A stretch of DNA of 63,214 nucleotides, counting the filler, from Octopus bimaculoides (lineage: Eukaryota): NCBI RefSeq assembly GCF_001194135.2. It is 8 parts of 7 records of this genome, joined end to end, with 100 filler letters (N's around TTAATTAATTAA, not from the genome) between each part and the next. Parts side by side here need not be neighbours in the genome. Positions count along the whole stretch, not along the records: positions 17,988 to 37,394 come from NC_068991.1; 7 more parts are not named here. One strand, given 5' to 3'. The translations under genes were made by a program, and so were the position numbers. Below, in pieces: positions 22,987 to 36,630 of this stretch (the stretch's first letter is position 1; each line of letters starts with the position of its first letter). The notes below the pieces were generated by a model. It was not told the origin of the DNA and did no database searches. It was given only the letters and a program-made list of their open reading frames with translations.

Positions 22987-23580
22987 GATAGAGAGAGAGA
23001 GAGAACTCCAATGGCATATATTTTCGAAAAGAGAAAAGGCAAAGTTGACCTCGGAGGGGTTGGAGTTCAGACCGCGTAGAGCTGGAACAACGATTGCGAA
23101 AGGCAGTCCAACCAACTCTTTAACGATTCCACAAGTTTGCCACCTGAAATCATATTCGTTTGTCTTAGGTGAAAGCAAGGCATATTTGATAACACAGTTG
23201 AAAATAGACTGTGTTTGGAAAAAAGAGGCAAAATGATGGCAATTGGAACTGCTTTGATCATAGTTAGTTGAACTAAGGTTATTGTGGGATATCCATAATA
23301 ACAAAAAATACCGTACTTACAACCACCAACTCCTGTTCAATTATCTTCTGCTCAGTATTTCATCTGCGCCAACTATCTGTCTCAGTCTTCTGTCTCTTTC
23401 TCTCTCCCCTTTTCTCTCTCTCCTCCCTTCTCTCTATAAAATCGCCCGTTACTTTAATGTACACATCTCATAACACATAAAGCTTCTAGCGAGCCCTGAT
23501 TATTTGTCACCAGAACGCTCTGTATCATTCAATGTTTTCGCCACCCTATAATCTTCATTAATTTTTAAATTAAGATTTAG

Positions 23581-23708
<128 letters not shown>

Positions 23709-23824
23709 TTAAAGGCACTCACACAAATAGAAATATCTATCTATCCATCTATCTATCTATCTCTGTGTGTGTGTGCATGTATATATATATGCGTATGTGA
23801 ATCAAATATAAAATATTTACGAAC

Positions 23825-23959
23825 AGCATGAATAATTTGTATTGGACGAAACTGGAAGGAAGTTCCATGGATGCTGTGAGGAAATAATTCAAATGACGGT
23901 CCCCAGACAAACTACTGGAGGTCAAGTAGAGTCCGAAATATGTCACACTGGTAATCAGC
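23825..23959 (-). CDS. SLC22: SLC22-family exon: (W)LITSVTYFGLYLTSSSLSGDRHLNYFLTASMELPSSFVQYKLFM(L)
   Basis: TM7-8 pattern W..S..Y.GL...LSG..LN.FL...ELP; acceptor gtatttcag|; donor |gttcgt is needed to keep frame. Confidence 0.87.
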
Positions 23960-24062
23960 CTGAAATACAGGAAACAAAATAGACATTTGGCTTTTGTTCT
24001 TTCTTAAAAATATTATTACGCATAGTATTCAGTCTTTTACTTTACGTTATCAAATATAACCA

Positions 24063-24595
24063 ATGTTGTTTTGTATGTATTTGTGGCGCAGACGCGGATA
24101 TTTAATAAGAAGTTTTCTTCCCAACCACATGATTCCAGTTTCAGTCTCACTGCGTTACACCTTGAGCAGGTGTCTTCTACTNNNNNNNNNNNNNNNNNNN
24201 NNNNNNNNNNNNNNNNNNNNNNNNNNNNNNNNNNNNNNNNNNNNNNNNNNNNNNNNNNNNNNNNNNNNNNNNNNNNNNNNNNNNNNNNNNNNNNNNNNNN
24301 NNNNNNNNNNNNNNNNNNNNNNNNNNNNNNNNNNNNNNNNNNNNNNNNNNNNNNNNNNNNNNNNNNNNNNTGTATACATCAGCGTGTGTGTCTGTGTTTG
24401 TCCCCATCCACCCACCACTCGATAACTGGTGTTGGTGTGTTTATGTCTCAGTAAACTAGCGGTTTGACTTAAGACATCGATAGAATAAGTACCTGGCTTT
24501 ATAAAATAAGAACTGGGGGCAATTCATTCGACTAAAATTTCAAAGCGGTGCCCCAGCATGGACACAGTCTGATGGCTGAAGTAAGTAAAAGGTTA
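24063..24595 (+). mobile_element. SINE family A, gap-interrupted
   Basis: Head before the gap, 3' domain after it. Confidence 0.75.
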
Positions 24596-25799
24596 AAAAT
24601 AAATTATGCATCTAACACGAGTCTTCAGCTTCTAAGACGTTGTTGTTAACTTTCTGAAATCAACAGTGAGGTTGGTGGCAGTCTTAGTCGAACGCCGGTG
24701 AGTGTGACCATGGTGTGTTACATGAACAGCTAAGAGCAATAATACCTGGCTGCAGACCACCAGGTAGGCAGCCATTGTCTGGTGATTTCGCTCAACGACG
24801 GTCAAGAGCATTCCGCTGGTTTGCGCGTCAAGTTTGCCTGATAAAAGACACCCAACGCCTGCTCGCAGGACACTGCCGGATCGTGTGGATGGGGTTTAGT
24901 AAATGTAAAGAATGTTTTATTAGAGCTATATATTTCTAACATCTAGTTGTGTCTTTCACAATCCTGCGTCTGCCATGATCAAATGTAAGGAATTTTTGCT
25001 TAATTAAGTCATAATTTTATGAGTATAAAAGCTGCGAACATTAAATGAAAGATTCAATATATGTTATTTTTAATCATAAAGACAGTAAGACTGACGTGCC
25101 CGTTGTTGGCCTCGTCAGTCTTTCAACACTTACTACTTGCAAAACTTCGAAGTCACAGCTAATAAAATCATTAATAGTATATTTTGCATTGTAATTTCTA
25201 AACTAAATATTATGATAATAGGTTTGCTGCATTTCTTAAGTTGGCGAAGAACAAATATGGTAAGGGATTACCTGTAATTCAGTACAAAGAAATTCATTTA
25301 TAGTCTATCTGCTTGTTATGACGCCTACCTTATTCGCTGATATGCATATATGTATATATGTACTCATACGTGCATACATAAATATACATGAATAAATGCA
25401 TTCATGCACTTTACATCTTAATTCAAAAGCGAAACATTAATTGCAGAAGTTCTCAAGAAATTCAAAATAAAATAGAGCTGTGGCTTACTCTGGATAAAAA
25501 ACAGAACGGAAAGGAGAGAATATAGCAGAAGGTAGACTTGTGCATATTACCTGCACTGATTCCAACTACAATATACTTAGTAGAAACCGATCAACATGAG
25601 ATTATAAAAGAAGGATTTTGCTTAATGCTCCACGCAAAACCACGAGGTTGCAAATAGATCTTCTTAACAACACAGACATGTCGGTGTCTAAGCCTCTCTA
25701 TCATAAATGAACAGTTCGTTTGAGATCACAGTCTTAAATGTGTATGGACGGCGGAATTTTCGATTAAGTTCGAAAAGAGTTCTTGCTTATTGATGGTGA

Positions 25800-27088
25800 A
25801 CTAATAATGGTTTCCAATTTTGGTACTAAGCTAAGCAATTTTAAAGGAGCGGGCATGTCGAGTACATCGACCCCAGCACTGGTACTTATTTTATTCACCC
25901 CTAAAATGATGAAATGCAAAGTCAATATCGGTGACATTTGAAATCAGGAAGGAATTTTGTCCGGAGCGGTAACAATTCTGCCAGCTATCCGCCTAAATAA
26001 GAATAACGATTATGATGATGATAACAATGATAACAACAATAACATTAACAACTACGGCAACAGCAGCAGCAGCAGCAGCTGCAACGCCAACAACAACAAC
26101 AACACTAATAACCATTCTACTATAGGCACAGGGCCTGAAATTTTGCGGGAGGGGGCTAGTCGATTAGATCGACCCCAATGCGAAACTGCTATTTTTATTT
26201 ATCGACTCCGAAAGGATGAAAGGCAAATTTGACCTCAGTGGAATTTGAACTTCGAACGTGAAGAATTTAAACTCAGAACGTATAGATAGACAAAATGCCG
26301 CTAAGCATTTTGCCCGGCGTGCAAACATTTCTGCCAGCTCGATGCCTTAACAAGAACACTAATAACAGGAACATGAATAAGAACAACAGCTTCAACAATA
26401 ATAACAATGATTTAAAATTTTGCTACAATGGCCAGTAATTTTTCGAGATAACATCGACCCAAGGGCTGAACTGGTACTTGTTTTATTGAGCAAAGTTGAC
26501 CTCTGCGGGTCTTAAACTCTGAAACTAAAGAGCCGGAGGAAATGTCGCTTTGCATTTTCACCGACGCGCCTTTGATTCTGCCAGCTTACTGCTTTAGATT
26601 CTGATTTAGGCACTAAGCCAGCAATGTTAATGGCAGGGGTAGGTCGATGCTACGGATTCTGGTATTTCACTAGTATTGCAGTGTAGCTTATTAGAACACC
26701 TTTTCGTAATTTCCTGACGTCTGCAGTGAGACTTGAATTTATAACATAAGGGATCGTGAGTAAAAACAGAATGCTGCATTTTCGAGCTAAACATTCCATA
26801 GTCCATTACCTCAATAACCGCAAAATAATTAGCACGTTGAGTAAAATGCTGGTTGGTATTTCGTTTGTCTTTACGTTTTGAGTTCAAATCGCGCCGAGGT
26901 CGACTTGGCCTTTCATTATTTCGGGGTCGATGAATTTCATTATTTCGGGGTCGATCCCATTTGAGAATTGGGATCGATGTAATCGACATAGTCACTCACC
27001 ACAAATTTGAGGCCTTGTGCTTATAGTAGAAAGAATTATTATCATTATTATTATTGTTGTTGCTGTTGTTGTTGTTGTTGGTATTATT

Positions 27089-27174
<86 letters not shown>

Positions 27175-27315
27175 GGCGGCAAGCTAGCAGAATTGCTAGC
27201 ATGCCGGGCGAAATGCTTAGCGGCATTTCGTCTGTCATTACGTTCTGAGTTCAAATTCCACTAGGGTCAACTTTAAATAAGTACCAGTTACGCACTGACC
27301 CTGGGATCGATGTAG
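25800..27315. mobile_element. Cluster of SINE family B copies interleaved with (AAC/AAT)n tracts
   Basis: About five partial or complete copies; 27172..27315 is on +, most others on -. Confidence 0.75.
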
Positions 27316-27356
27316 AAAGGAATATTATTATTATTATTATTATGAAGAAGACTTAC

Positions 27357-27665
27357 CATGCGAACATGACAACTAGGGTGATATTTCTGGTTGTACTGTA
27401 TTTCATCATGGTCCACAATCCAAGCGCAGTTTCTTTAGGATGAACTTTGGCTTCGTCTTCAGGGTTTGTTGCAGTTCTGTCAATCAGTTGTTTGGACTGT
27501 TCACCTAATTGATGCAGTTCCATGGCAGATTCATTAGATTTCAGACATTTTGTCCATGTCGATTCGAAATCGACTCCGTTAAGTTTTGCTGCGCGTTTCA
27601 CAATTCTTTCGGCTTCTACAATTTTCCCTTTTGCGAACAACCATCGAATGCTTTCTCTTATGTAC
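27357..27665 (-). CDS. SLC22: SLC22-family exon, central loop: (W)YIRESIRWLFAKGKIVEAERIVKRAAKLNG...RNITLVVMFA(W)
   Basis: Variant of the PESPRWL motif (RESIRWL); acceptor attatgcag|, donor |gtaagt; phase 2 to phase 2. Confidence 0.92.
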
Positions 27666-27734
27666 CTGCATAATATGAATATGTATGTATGTATGCATGT
27701 ATATATGTATATATGTATGTATATATGTATATAT

Positions 27735-27818
<84 letters not shown>

Positions 27819-28754
27819 ATATTATTAATAAAATTTATAAAATTATTAATAATATTCACAGGAAATCAATATCCAAATTTCCGAAAGATATATGTTTAAT
27901 GTGACACAGTAATATTTTGAATAATAGTTAAATTAAAATTTAAGATGTACAAAATATAAATATATATAAAAAATATAAATGTACATAAAAATACATGCGT
28001 ATATAAATGTATATAAAAATGTATGCGTAATTGAGTATAAATATTATGAAAGTCTAAAAATTAAAAAGCATCTGACGATCGTTTCGCGGACATTATTGCC
28101 TTCACAATGTAATCAATATAGATAAGCATATTGGCAATAATTCCGCTCTTCGGAGATGAATGGAGTTATTATATACGTGTTAAAAACGAATGGTATATAT
28201 AATAAGATAATATTAATTAAATATTAAAAATATTAAAATATTAAAATGTATACTGTCCTTTAAGAGTTTGTAAAAGCAATCCCTCCTATAATTTGGAAAA
28301 TTCATATTTTTCATTTGTAGAAATTTTAAATGATATATATTTTTTAAAAAATTGATATGTTTTTCAGAATATTTAAGAATTCGGTATATAATTATAGTAA
28401 AGTTCATCTTGTTGAATATATTGGTAATCCTATGAATCGCATCAATATTTAGAAGTTCATCCACTGCATATATTTCAATAATGAAATATTTCAATAATAG
28501 AAATATTTCTATCGGGACACGGTACTGCAAATTGTTTTCACTGAAAAATCTCGGGTCTTGAAATAACCACTAAAATCGCTAAGCAGAGGAGTTTCAGAGA
28601 TCTTCCTCGTCTGCCGCAGTCAGAAGCTATTTCGTCTGAAAATCTTCTCGCTGAAAATTTCCTCAGTTCTTAAAACCCATGCGATGCTTCAACGACGTAT
28701 TAGCCATTATGGCTAATTCAAACTAGAGAACTAAACTTCTCCTAAGAAATGCCT

Positions 28755-28763
28755 TTCTTTCCT

Positions 28764-28846
<83 letters not shown>

Positions 28847-28848
28847 CT
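28755..28848. repeat. (TTTC)n microsatellite
   Basis: Visible directly. Confidence 0.95.
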
Positions 28849-29434
28849 TTTAAGAAATAGTTAATGATAGATTCTGTCGTTACAGTTTCGTGCCGCCTCT
28901 AAGACAATACCTAGCTGAATAATTAGCGCTGTTAAAACATCTATGGGGTGGATTCTCATTAGCTAAAACTAGTCAGTGATATATTGCACCATGCCCTAGC
29001 GAATGGTGTAAGTTGCTATATAGGAGAATTGCAGATCAAATTAGTTCAGCTGCAGATTATTACCAGTTCTTCGGATCATGAATTCCACACACGGAAGATT
29101 TTAACAGATAATTCTAAATTTTATCTAGTCCCGCTTCAGGAAGCTTTTTATTCATTGCAAACACACCTCTTTAGCAATCCTGAAACGTCTTGAGTACCCA
29201 AAATGCTTCAGGGTCCAATCTCGAAACTAAAGATACAGGCTTTATACTAGTATGATGTTTAATTAGCATTTATGTAAAAAAAAAAAAAAAGCAAAAAAAA
29301 AAAACAAAAAAAAAAAAATCTTTCGTCATTTTGTCACATTTAGTATTGGAGTTTTCACCACGAAAGAAAATGCAAAGACAAAGACAAAATGAAAAACGTA
29401 GAAGTAGTTTGAAAAATCACAAGAAATTCCTTAC

Positions 29435-29637
29435 CAGAATTCAAATACACATACGATCCCTGGAAACCCACAAACGGCACACAACCATCTCCATTCCGAA
29501 TGTTTCATCACATAGGCAACCAACGCAAGGATCATAACACATAAACTCCACCAAACCCCCACTATGCATGAAATCAGTGTCCGTTTGTCAGCAGGAAACG
29601 TTTCCAATATCATGGTAAAACCAGGAATAGCGGAACC
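29435..29637 (-). CDS. SLC22: SLC22-family exon: GSAIPGFTMILETFPADKRTLISCIVGVWWSLCVMILALVAYVMKHSEWRWLCAVCGFPGIVCVFEF(W)
   Basis: TM4-6 with E..P..R and WRWL motifs; acceptor tcttcctacag|, donor |gtaagg. Confidence 0.9.
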
Positions 29638-29779
29638 CTGTAGGAAGATAATTTAGGTTCACGGTTATTATAAAAGTTTTATAGACTCAGCATGTATGTG
29701 CTGAGTATTGAAGTTTAGCAAGTTATTTAATACATTAATCTATTTTAACATCTTGTAGCTTTCACAATAATCATTTCTA

Positions 29780-29964
29780 ATGTAGGCATAAAGCCTGAAA
29801 CTTTTGGGGAGGGGACTAGTCGATTACTTCGACCCCAGTACTCAACTAGCACTTATTTTATCGACCCCAAAAGGATGAAAGGCAAAGTCAACCTCGGCGG
29901 AATTTGAACTCAGAATGTAAAGACGTGCTAACGATTCTGCTAGCTCACCGCCTTTGTAGCCTTC

Positions 29965-30005
<41 letters not shown>

Positions 30006-30650
30006 TCTTTCTAATTTTGGCATAGGGCCAGCAATGTTAAGGTGAGGAAGAAGTCGATCACATCGATCACAATACCTAACAGGTACTTTTTTTATCGTCC
30101 CTGAAAGAATGAAAAGCAAATTCAGCATCGGCGATTGAACTCAGAAAATAAAGCCAGAAGAAATGCTTCTAAGCATTTTGTCCGGCTTCGTAACGGTTCT
30201 GCCAGCTCACTACATTTTACATATGATAATAATCCTTTCTCCAAAAGCACAAGTCTTGGAATTTTGGAGGAGGGAGATACTCGATTACTCTGATCCAGGA
30301 CTCAATGGATACTAATTTTATCGACCACAAACGAAGAAAAGGCGAAGTCGACCTCCGCGGAATTTGAACTACGAATGTACAGCAAGAAGAACTGCTGCGA
30401 AGCATTTTGTTCTGCGTACTAACTATTCTGCCACATAACTCATTTTTCATAAGAATAATAATGATCTCAAATTTTGACTCAAGGACCGTAAGTTCTGGGG
30501 ACAGAGTAAATCAACCCAGTGCTTATTTTATTTTATTTTATCGTTCTCGAAAGGATGAAAAGCAATGTCAAACCTCGGCAGATTTTGAACTCAGAACGTA
30601 AAGATGGACGAAATGTCGCTTAGCATTTTGGCCGGAGTGCTAAAGATTCT
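29780..30650 (-). mobile_element. Tandem array of four SINE family B copies
   Basis: Repeated gaatttgaactcagaa...gcattt...gattctgc units separated by (AAT)n. Confidence 0.8.
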
Positions 30651-31329
30651 ACTCACTCGCGTACACACACGCCCAGAGTCGCATATGTATGTATTTATGT
30701 ACCCACACGTCTACGCGCATAGGTGTACCATATTCTATACTTAGGCAGACGAGGGTCGGTTCATATGAAAAAGAAAGTGAACAAAAGAATACGACCGCTT
30801 GCTTATCGAGAAATTTGTAAGTTCGATTTGTTTCATTTTTTTACTTTATCGTTAAGTATCACCATTATAGGATTGTATACTTCAAATGAAATTAAGAAAT
30901 CAAGTCGTAAATAAACGAAACCGTCGAATCCATCATTGTACACACACACACACACACACACACGAACACACACACACACACAAACACATTTATACGGTCG
31001 TAAGCCTATGTATGTATGTATGTATGTACCCACACGTCTCTACGCGCATATGTACACCATGAGCTATACACACGTTTATATGAAAACGAAAGTGAACAAA
31101 ATAATATGACCACTTGCTTGTCGGGAAATCTGTAAGATCGATTAAAATAATCTTTTAAAAATAATCAATACAAATGTTCAACATTTCGTGCCACTCACCC
31201 AACGAGTATTTTTGCCAAATGTGATGAAAATCCGTGCAGCCGTTTTCCAGTAATTTTGCAAACACACAGACAAACAGACAAGACAAGTGATTACAATACC
31301 CTGCTTTCGCTTACTCGCGTATAATAATG

Positions 31330-34300
31330 ATTTCTTTCATTCACCACAAGGGCCCAGGACATAATGAACAATATCAAAGAGCAAGATACAGCAGACAAAA
31401 CAGGTGAGGTTTACATTGATCAAGGGGAAAAACTATAACCTTAAAAGATATAACAGAGGGATAAATAAATAGATATTGGAAAAATAAATGTTTAATAAAT
31501 ACAGTCACCAATAGCATGATAGTTCATATAGGTAATTCGGGATAAAGTCTCCACAAAAATCCCGGATTACCCTGCCATCCCCAAGCAAGGGAATTGCCAT
31601 CTGCCTCAGTCTGCGCTTGATCCAGAACTGTAGCTCAGTCAAGGGGCGAATGGCAACCATATCTACTCGCCGTCAAGGAAATGGTGAAGATAGCGTAGAC
31701 TCGGCGCATGTCTACGCATCAGCATCCACGACATGCCCATTTTCCCAGTTAGCGCCTGACCAGTGGTACACGTACTTTCCACAGGAACTGAAAGAATTTC
31801 CGTTCCAATTTGGTCAGATGGGAACTGGGGCAAGTCACGATGGTCATGTGATAATATATGACAGACGCTATGTATGCATTCGCCACCTCTGTCCAATCTG
31901 CTAGAGACAGGTTTCTGCCTGTCAATTTCTGGGCGAGATTGGCTACCCTGCTCGTCACATCGCCCCAATTTTTTCACCTGGAGATCCAGACCAAAAACAG
32001 ACCACAAGGAATCTATCCAGTCCCTCCGTCTAGCGTCCCATGACGTTATTGAACGGCATGGGCTGCCTCTCCAGGTGCCAAGCTGCAGGCCAACTAACTA
32101 TTCTTGGTTAATTTTGCTCCTGTCAGAGATTCGTATTTTTTCAGAGCTGTACCGATCAGGTTTATGTGGCTAGTGTTCCACTCTTTGATGGTCATGTCGT
32201 CTGCATATGCCGACACAGTTCTCCCACGTCCTAGTTCGCTCGCGATGCCTCTCAACGCCTCCAAAGTAGTGACTCTAGAACCAGTACATACATAACAAAC
32301 GAGGTGGGGGCACACTTGAAGGACCGAACGCATTATGCTGAACGGTCTCAATAGGTAACCATCTACTGAATCCTTCGAGCAGATGTCACTGTACATTGTG
32401 GCAACACAGCCACAGAAAACGGGACCGAAACCGACAACTATGACAATGGCTTTCAAGTACTGGTGGTCGACCCTACTGAAGGCTATTGAGTGATCTAAAT
32501 TGATCAGGGCCCCACCAATACCAGCTTCTTTACCCACTCTGTCTATGCTGTATCGCATCAGGTGGAGGCTATCGTGGATAGATCTGCTTGGAATTGTACA
32601 TGTTTGCGTATCACTAACCAGTTCTTCAACGATAAGCGCTAACACCTTAATCAAAATTTTCAACAGCTTTATGGACCTGAACTTTTCTATTTGATCCTCT
32701 TTCTTTGGGTTCTTCCTTAGTAGTACCACCACTCTTCGAATCGCAGAACTAGGAATTCTCCCGTTGTGCTGTCAGTTGCAGTAGATGTCTGCTAAGAGGC
32801 TACCAAAAACGTCCGACATGTGAAAGTAAAGTTCATTGGGCAGATCATCCACACCAGGCAATTTGTTCCCCATGCAGCCCATCATCATATCCCGTATTTT
32901 CGCGGCTGTAATCGGCTTTTTGCAACACTCCACCCCCATTGCAGAGAGTCGTGACACGCCGTCGAGTTAGGCACTGAAGTCCATCCTGCGTTCCAGATTG
33001 CCATTCGTCCCAAACACTTGAGCAAAGTGCTTCCAAAATGCCGCACATATCTACTTGAGTTTGAGTTTCATGCGCCCATTTTGGTCAACTAAAGACCAAA
33101 TTATGGATTTCTTGTCACGCTGTGCTCCTACGACTCAGAACCTCGAGCGGCTTTCGTTCCCTAGTTTCTTAGAACACGCTCCTTATTTCTGACAATGTAT
33201 CCTTTGTGCTTAGCGATGAAGAATTGGTCTGGAGCTAATCTCACCGTCAGCTAGTCAGTTGCGATGCCTTTCCTAAGTGCCCCTTCTACGTTTCTAAATA
33301 CGTTCTCCTCTATTCTTTTTCTGTCTTTCGCTAATGCCTTACTAAACCTAATAGATTCTACCCTAATTGCCTCTTTTCAGGGAAAACCAACATTTATTGT
33401 TGATAATTGCTCCTGATTACAAATTTGTGGTCTGTGTAGATTTTGAAAAGTGGACATCTTATGCCATCCTTATCTAGTAGCCTACAGAATACCCTGCTAG
33501 ATACGACCTAGATGACCTGATACGATTCATTCACACTCTCACTGTCACATTGGGGAAAATCAGTCGGTACCCGTCAGACAGATGAAAATGTCTGAGCAAG
33601 TTTGTCGAGCTTTTCACATTCCCCTCTTCTAACAGCTCGCCTCACATAATCTAAATGCACATCTAAGATGGTGTTTAAATCACTCATTAACAACAATGGT
33701 CAAGACGTTTCCAGGAAAACTGCTAGGCGTCCAAAGAAATCCGGTTGTTCTGCCCCTGTCGGAGCATAAACAACCATGAATTGGAAAGAACCACCTTGCT
33801 ACTGTTCATTTTCAGGGTCACCAACTTACCCCGTTGGATCCAGGAAGATTGGTCTTATCTTGAGATTCAGACCTTTCAGATACAACGTCGCAGTTCCACC
33901 CCACCCCAGATTTCCAGTTGACATAGAGATAAGTAAATCTTATATGCACCAAAAAAGAGTATGAAAATTTGTGGAGTGAAGAGTCTGGTGTTACTGACAG
34001 CCATTACATCTAAATTTTTTGACCTGAGATCACTGAGCAGGTGGCCCTGTTTCTAAGGTGAACCCAGGCAGGGCCATGTTTGTCAGAGAGAAGGAGATGA
34101 AGAGAATCACCAACCCTATTTCTGTGGAGAGACAGGTACCTCCACAAGCATTTTTTTGTAGAGTCTTTTGTTTATGGTTCCAAGGAAATCTCCCATTCCG
34201 TTGGGATGCTTTGTTGTCAATTTGTTGTAACTTTGCGTTGCTTTTATAATTTTTTATATGAATGTTGGGTTGAGATGTATTCATTTAGAGTAATTTCTGT

Positions 34301-35450
34301 GTATTTTTGAATATGCCTTATTGAGTTCTTGTTGTTTGTGTCTATAGTAGTGTAATTAGTGATGCCTTGGGAGTGCTGTTCCTATTGTTGGGCTGGATTG
34401 CTGTGTTTTCGTTTGTGAAGTTGTCTGTGATGTTGGAGATGTTTATAATTGTCTTGGTGTAGAGCGTGTATCGGTGTGTGATAGTTTGCTTGTTTCTGTA
34501 TCTTCTCTGCTAATCTCTTTTTGCTTTTAGTCTTGTAATATTTTATGTTTTTCTTTTTACTAGTGTCCATTCTGGTGGTTTTTGCAAACTGCTTTCCTCG
34601 CTAGACAAGTTTCACAGTCGGAGAAATCTGTGGCTGGGAAAGAAGTATGTCTGCACAGTCGCACATTTCTAAGCTGATAGTCGGTACTAGTGACGTTATT
34701 GTTTTCCTCAGGTGTGGTACCGGTACTTGCTGCTGATGTTGAAGAATGGATCTCTCCTGCTGCTTTTTGCTTGATGGATTTGTTTTCATGCTGTCGCTCT
34801 TGGCACTGACGTTGTAAGTGTTGATGATGGTGGCACTGCTGTTGTTGCTTTTAATGCTGTTGTTGTTGTTGTTGTATTAGCGGTATCTACAGTAGCGGGG
34901 AGGAGGAGTTTCTTTTCTTTGCATGGGGTAGAAAGCCTTTGAATGGTTTGTCTTGTCACAAATGTGACATCTCGACTGTTACAAATAGTTGTGCGCCTTC
35001 AAGAAGGTTGATCAAGTCAGGGATAACTTCGCTACCCTTCATCGGCGTGTATCCATAATTCCATGCCCATGTTTGATCAATGCTCCTTTCCTATTTTACA
35101 TACCGTGTGAATTCTTGTTTTGTTATCTATACCGTACAATACGGTTGCCACAAGCAAAGGGATCTCCTCTTCTTCCTCTACCTTTATTTTCACCACCCTC
35201 AGACCGAGGTATGTCGGAATTAGCAACAATTCTTCACTTATGAGGGATGTCGTCCACTTTCTTTAACTAATTTGTCAGTCGTGAATCTTACCTCGATGGT
35301 GTGAAGAGGTCTCCCATGCGGCATAAGACTTTAACTTCCAGACCAGTCTTAGGCGTTTATCAGTAGAAGACTGCGTTGAGTTAGTTAGAGTAGATATAGG
35401 CTTCTATGTAGAAAATAGTGAAGATTCTAGAGATGACCTCCTCTTCTTAT
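31330..35450 (-). mobile_element. Decayed, near-full-length Tx1/L1-like LINE (ORF1, APE endonuclease, RT)
   Basis: RT motifs NKLPGVDDLPNELY, FRSIKLL, LINLDHSIAFSRVDH and YADD at 32094..32957; APE-like YAP / D..A.S.TRL at about 33600..34050; ORF1-like IPDLINLLEG.QLFV with a decayed knuckle at about 34900..35250; many stops and frameshifts. Confidence 0.8.
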
Positions 35451-36126
35451 GTGTAGCTTGTATTAGACCCCATTTTGTAAATATGATACATCCGATATAT
35501 TGAGGCGGAGATAGTTTTAATAAATCAAGAATTTATGTATTTGATATTCTTGCATTTTCTTAAATTGCTCAAGTCCATTCCACTGGCTCCTCTGAATAAT
35601 TTCTTTTAACTCGTTTTTGTTTTATTTACACAAATTACTAGGTTCATAAATATGTTCTACTCTTTTTGTATAAGTCTAAGTCTCTTGGCCTGTTCGTCAG
35701 GTCGGATAATCGTTGTGTTGATGATGGGCTATTGAGCCAGAAACCACTGTCCTCTTATCTCCAAAACTTGAATATGTCCATTTCCTTAATGGTTTATCAA
35801 CTTTGGTGAATAGCTGGATCGTGAGAATATTTCCTTCTTCAATTAAGTTACTCTTAATTAATGACGATACACTTAATTAATTAAGCATTCTTAACTGTCA
35901 TCTAGTTATTATAATGCATCGACTCGAGGCGGAGATAATTTGGATAAATCCCAAAATTATATTGTATTTTGTTTTAATACACCTGTATTTGTGTGTGTGA
36001 AAGCAAGTGGCTTAGTGGTTAGAGTGTTGCAGTTATGATGGTGAAATTATGGTCTCAAATCCTGAACCGGGCGATGCCTTGTGCTCTTGAGCAAAATGTT
36101 GGCGCAGCCAAAGGTCCTTTTTCTCC

Positions 36127-36130
36127 ATCC

Positions 36131-36216
<86 letters not shown>
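36127..36216. repeat. (ATCT)n microsatellite
   Basis: Visible directly. Confidence 0.95.
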
Positions 36217-36269
36217 CTGTATACATACATACATACATACATATACATATATATATTTATATATATATA

Positions 36270-36630
36270 TAGTGGTTGTCTACTCCTTACACAGAGTTTG
36301 ACCACCTCCTGTACCTACACCTTAATCCCTTCATGGCGTCTGATATGGCTTTTTAAACCAGACAATGTTCTAAAAAAACACCCACACAGATTGCACCTCT
36401 GATTTGAACTACCAATACCTGCAGGTAAACTCTGCCCATTGTGGATCTTAACATGTCTTTTAAGACCCCCATTAGATTTGCAAGCCTTCTGGCATACATC
36501 ACATTCAAACGTGTTCACAGACATATAGTCAGAATAGTTGGTTGAAGTTTGTTTTCCATGGGTTCGCAGGTGAGATTTGAGGCCAGTCAAAGGCAGGCAT
36601 ATATATGTAGAAGGTTGAAAAGGAACACAC
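36270..36630 (-). mobile_element. 5'-truncated retroelement 3' end encoding two complete C2H2 zinc fingers and one partial finger
   Basis: CDVC-x12-HVKIH and CNLC-x12-HIRRH with non-TGEKP linkers; stop, then short UTR and (TA)n; no splice acceptor. Confidence 0.6.

Noticed and set aside
24715-24939. GC-rich ORF in an SLC22 intron
   Set aside because: RPPGR and DR..W-like remnants suggest a decayed LINE C-terminus; no splice-consistent role.
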